Positions 63,285 to 64,000 of a stretch of DNA of 64,000 bases are shown in pieces. The translations under genes were made by a program, and so were the position numbers. Location: assembly GCA_033119305.1 (NCBI GenBank), contig VSWD01000007.1:57858741-57922740 (forward strand), in the 5' to 3' direction. This stretch comes from Pinctada imbricata (Eukaryota). The notes under the pieces are model-generated. The model was given only the letters and a program-made list of their open reading frames with translations. It was not told where the DNA came from and did not search any database. How positions within the stretch are numbered: the first letter of the stretch is position 1; every line of letters begins with the position of its first letter.

Positions 63285-63801
63285 CTGAAACAAACGTCAG
63301 AAAATGTTGAAGTTTCTGTTTCCATGGAATAGATTGAAATTCAGACTCAACAAGGCATTGTTACAAAGTGCAGCAAAGTGTACTTTAATGGGATTCATAC
63401 TCTAGCAGAGTAAGTCCTGTTACATCCGTGCTAACTCTTATGGATAATGATGGAAAATAATTCAAGTGTGGTTATATTTTGCAATAATGCCTATATGTCA
63501 GTTTGTCCAAATTTGCTCTGGTTCCGCTAACATTTGATTGTGTTGACATAAGTACGCGTACAGTATTCTTACAAGGATTTTTTTTTTTCAAATTGGTTCA
63601 AGATGACATTGCTCAGATATGACCATAAAGGTATGACCTTGACTATTTATATTTTACACTGAAGCCAAGATTTTATTTCCTCAAAAAGGAAAATTCATGA
63701 AATTTCATGACTGCATGGTTCATAATTCTTAACATATTGTCCATACATGTAGAAACTGCATGCATACAGAGATACGTGTATATAATGAGATGTTCACATA
63801 C

Positions 63802-63879
63802 TGGTACTAGTGTCCTTTCTGTTCCCACCATTGCCATCATCCCCGTCAGCACAGCCATTTGTTGCACACAGCTCGTATC
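63802..63879 (-). CDS. Gene C exon (YELCATNGCADGDDGNGGNRKDTST)
   Basis: Acceptor ctctag, donor gtatgt; the gene continues beyond the window end. Confidence 0.4.
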
Positions 63880-64000
63880 CTAGAGAGTAACATTGAAATG
63901 AATCAATCAAAACATGAATGGAGGTAAAGCTGGCGATACATTTTTATATGTACTGTATATAATATCTACATTTTTTATCTCATATTTCTCCACGTAGTCT

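Noticed and set aside
1-64000. Prokaryotic-style defence or operon system (CRISPR, toxin-antitoxin, etc.)
   Set aside because: The window is eukaryotic: spliced genes with GT-AG introns, SINE/LINE/MITE insertions and satellites. No CRISPR-like regularly spaced repeats with unique spacers are present, because the tandem arrays have no unique spacers.

Overview
This is eukaryotic, AT-rich, intron-containing, repeat-dense genomic DNA. From its general character it may come from a bivalve mollusc, but that is a guess. It is not a prokaryotic locus, so I did not look for operon-style systems. Coordinates were hand-derived and may be off by a few bp.

Window content, in order:
(1) 1-~4550: a 5'-truncated DIRS/Ngaro-like tyrosine-recombinase retrotransposon. 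It carries a gag with a CCHC knuckle, a pol with RT and RNase H, and a tyrosine recombinase ORF. Pol and the recombinase each carry a frameshift. Split direct repeats lie at the 3' end.
(2) ~7005-17134, + strand: a 15-exon TBC1D15-like RabGAP gene (TBC domain). Its large intron 13 holds two MITE/foldback elements.
(3) 17.1-21.0 kb: intergenic space between the two genes, which converge, holding a ~120-bp tandem satellite.
(4) 21032-34180, - strand: a 21-exon SND1 (Tudor-SN, staphylococcal nuclease domain-containing 1) gene. Its introns contain an intronic tandem triplication of an exon/intron junction (pseudo-exons), a ~22-bp minisatellite and an ~890-bp block of a ~150-166-bp satellite. MITE-like elements sit in intron 1 and just upstream of the ATG.
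(5) 36-39 kb: microsatellites and an unidentified gene fragment of at least two exons (+ strand) encoding an acidic, Ser-rich protein with a KRKRRR motif.
(6) 39555-48130: an 8.6-kb unit bounded by ~680-bp near-identical inverted repeats and flanked by a 6-bp direct repeat TTGTTA. It has no obvious transposase. Inside are a 5'-truncated LINE RT fragment, two ~675-bp direct repeats, (GTAGGA)-type minisatellites, poly-G/C tracts and a CRE-rich hairpin.
(7) 48931-49078: a near-perfect ~150-bp palindrome.
(8) 50552->64000, - strand: an unidentified multi-exon gene. Its large intron hosts a ~2.7-kb array of the ~150-166-bp satellite, a second ~180-bp satellite, a tRNA-derived SINE with a 13-bp TSD, and (ACAG)n-tailed repeat ends.

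Most of the six-frame ORF track is noise from repeats or antisense to real exons.
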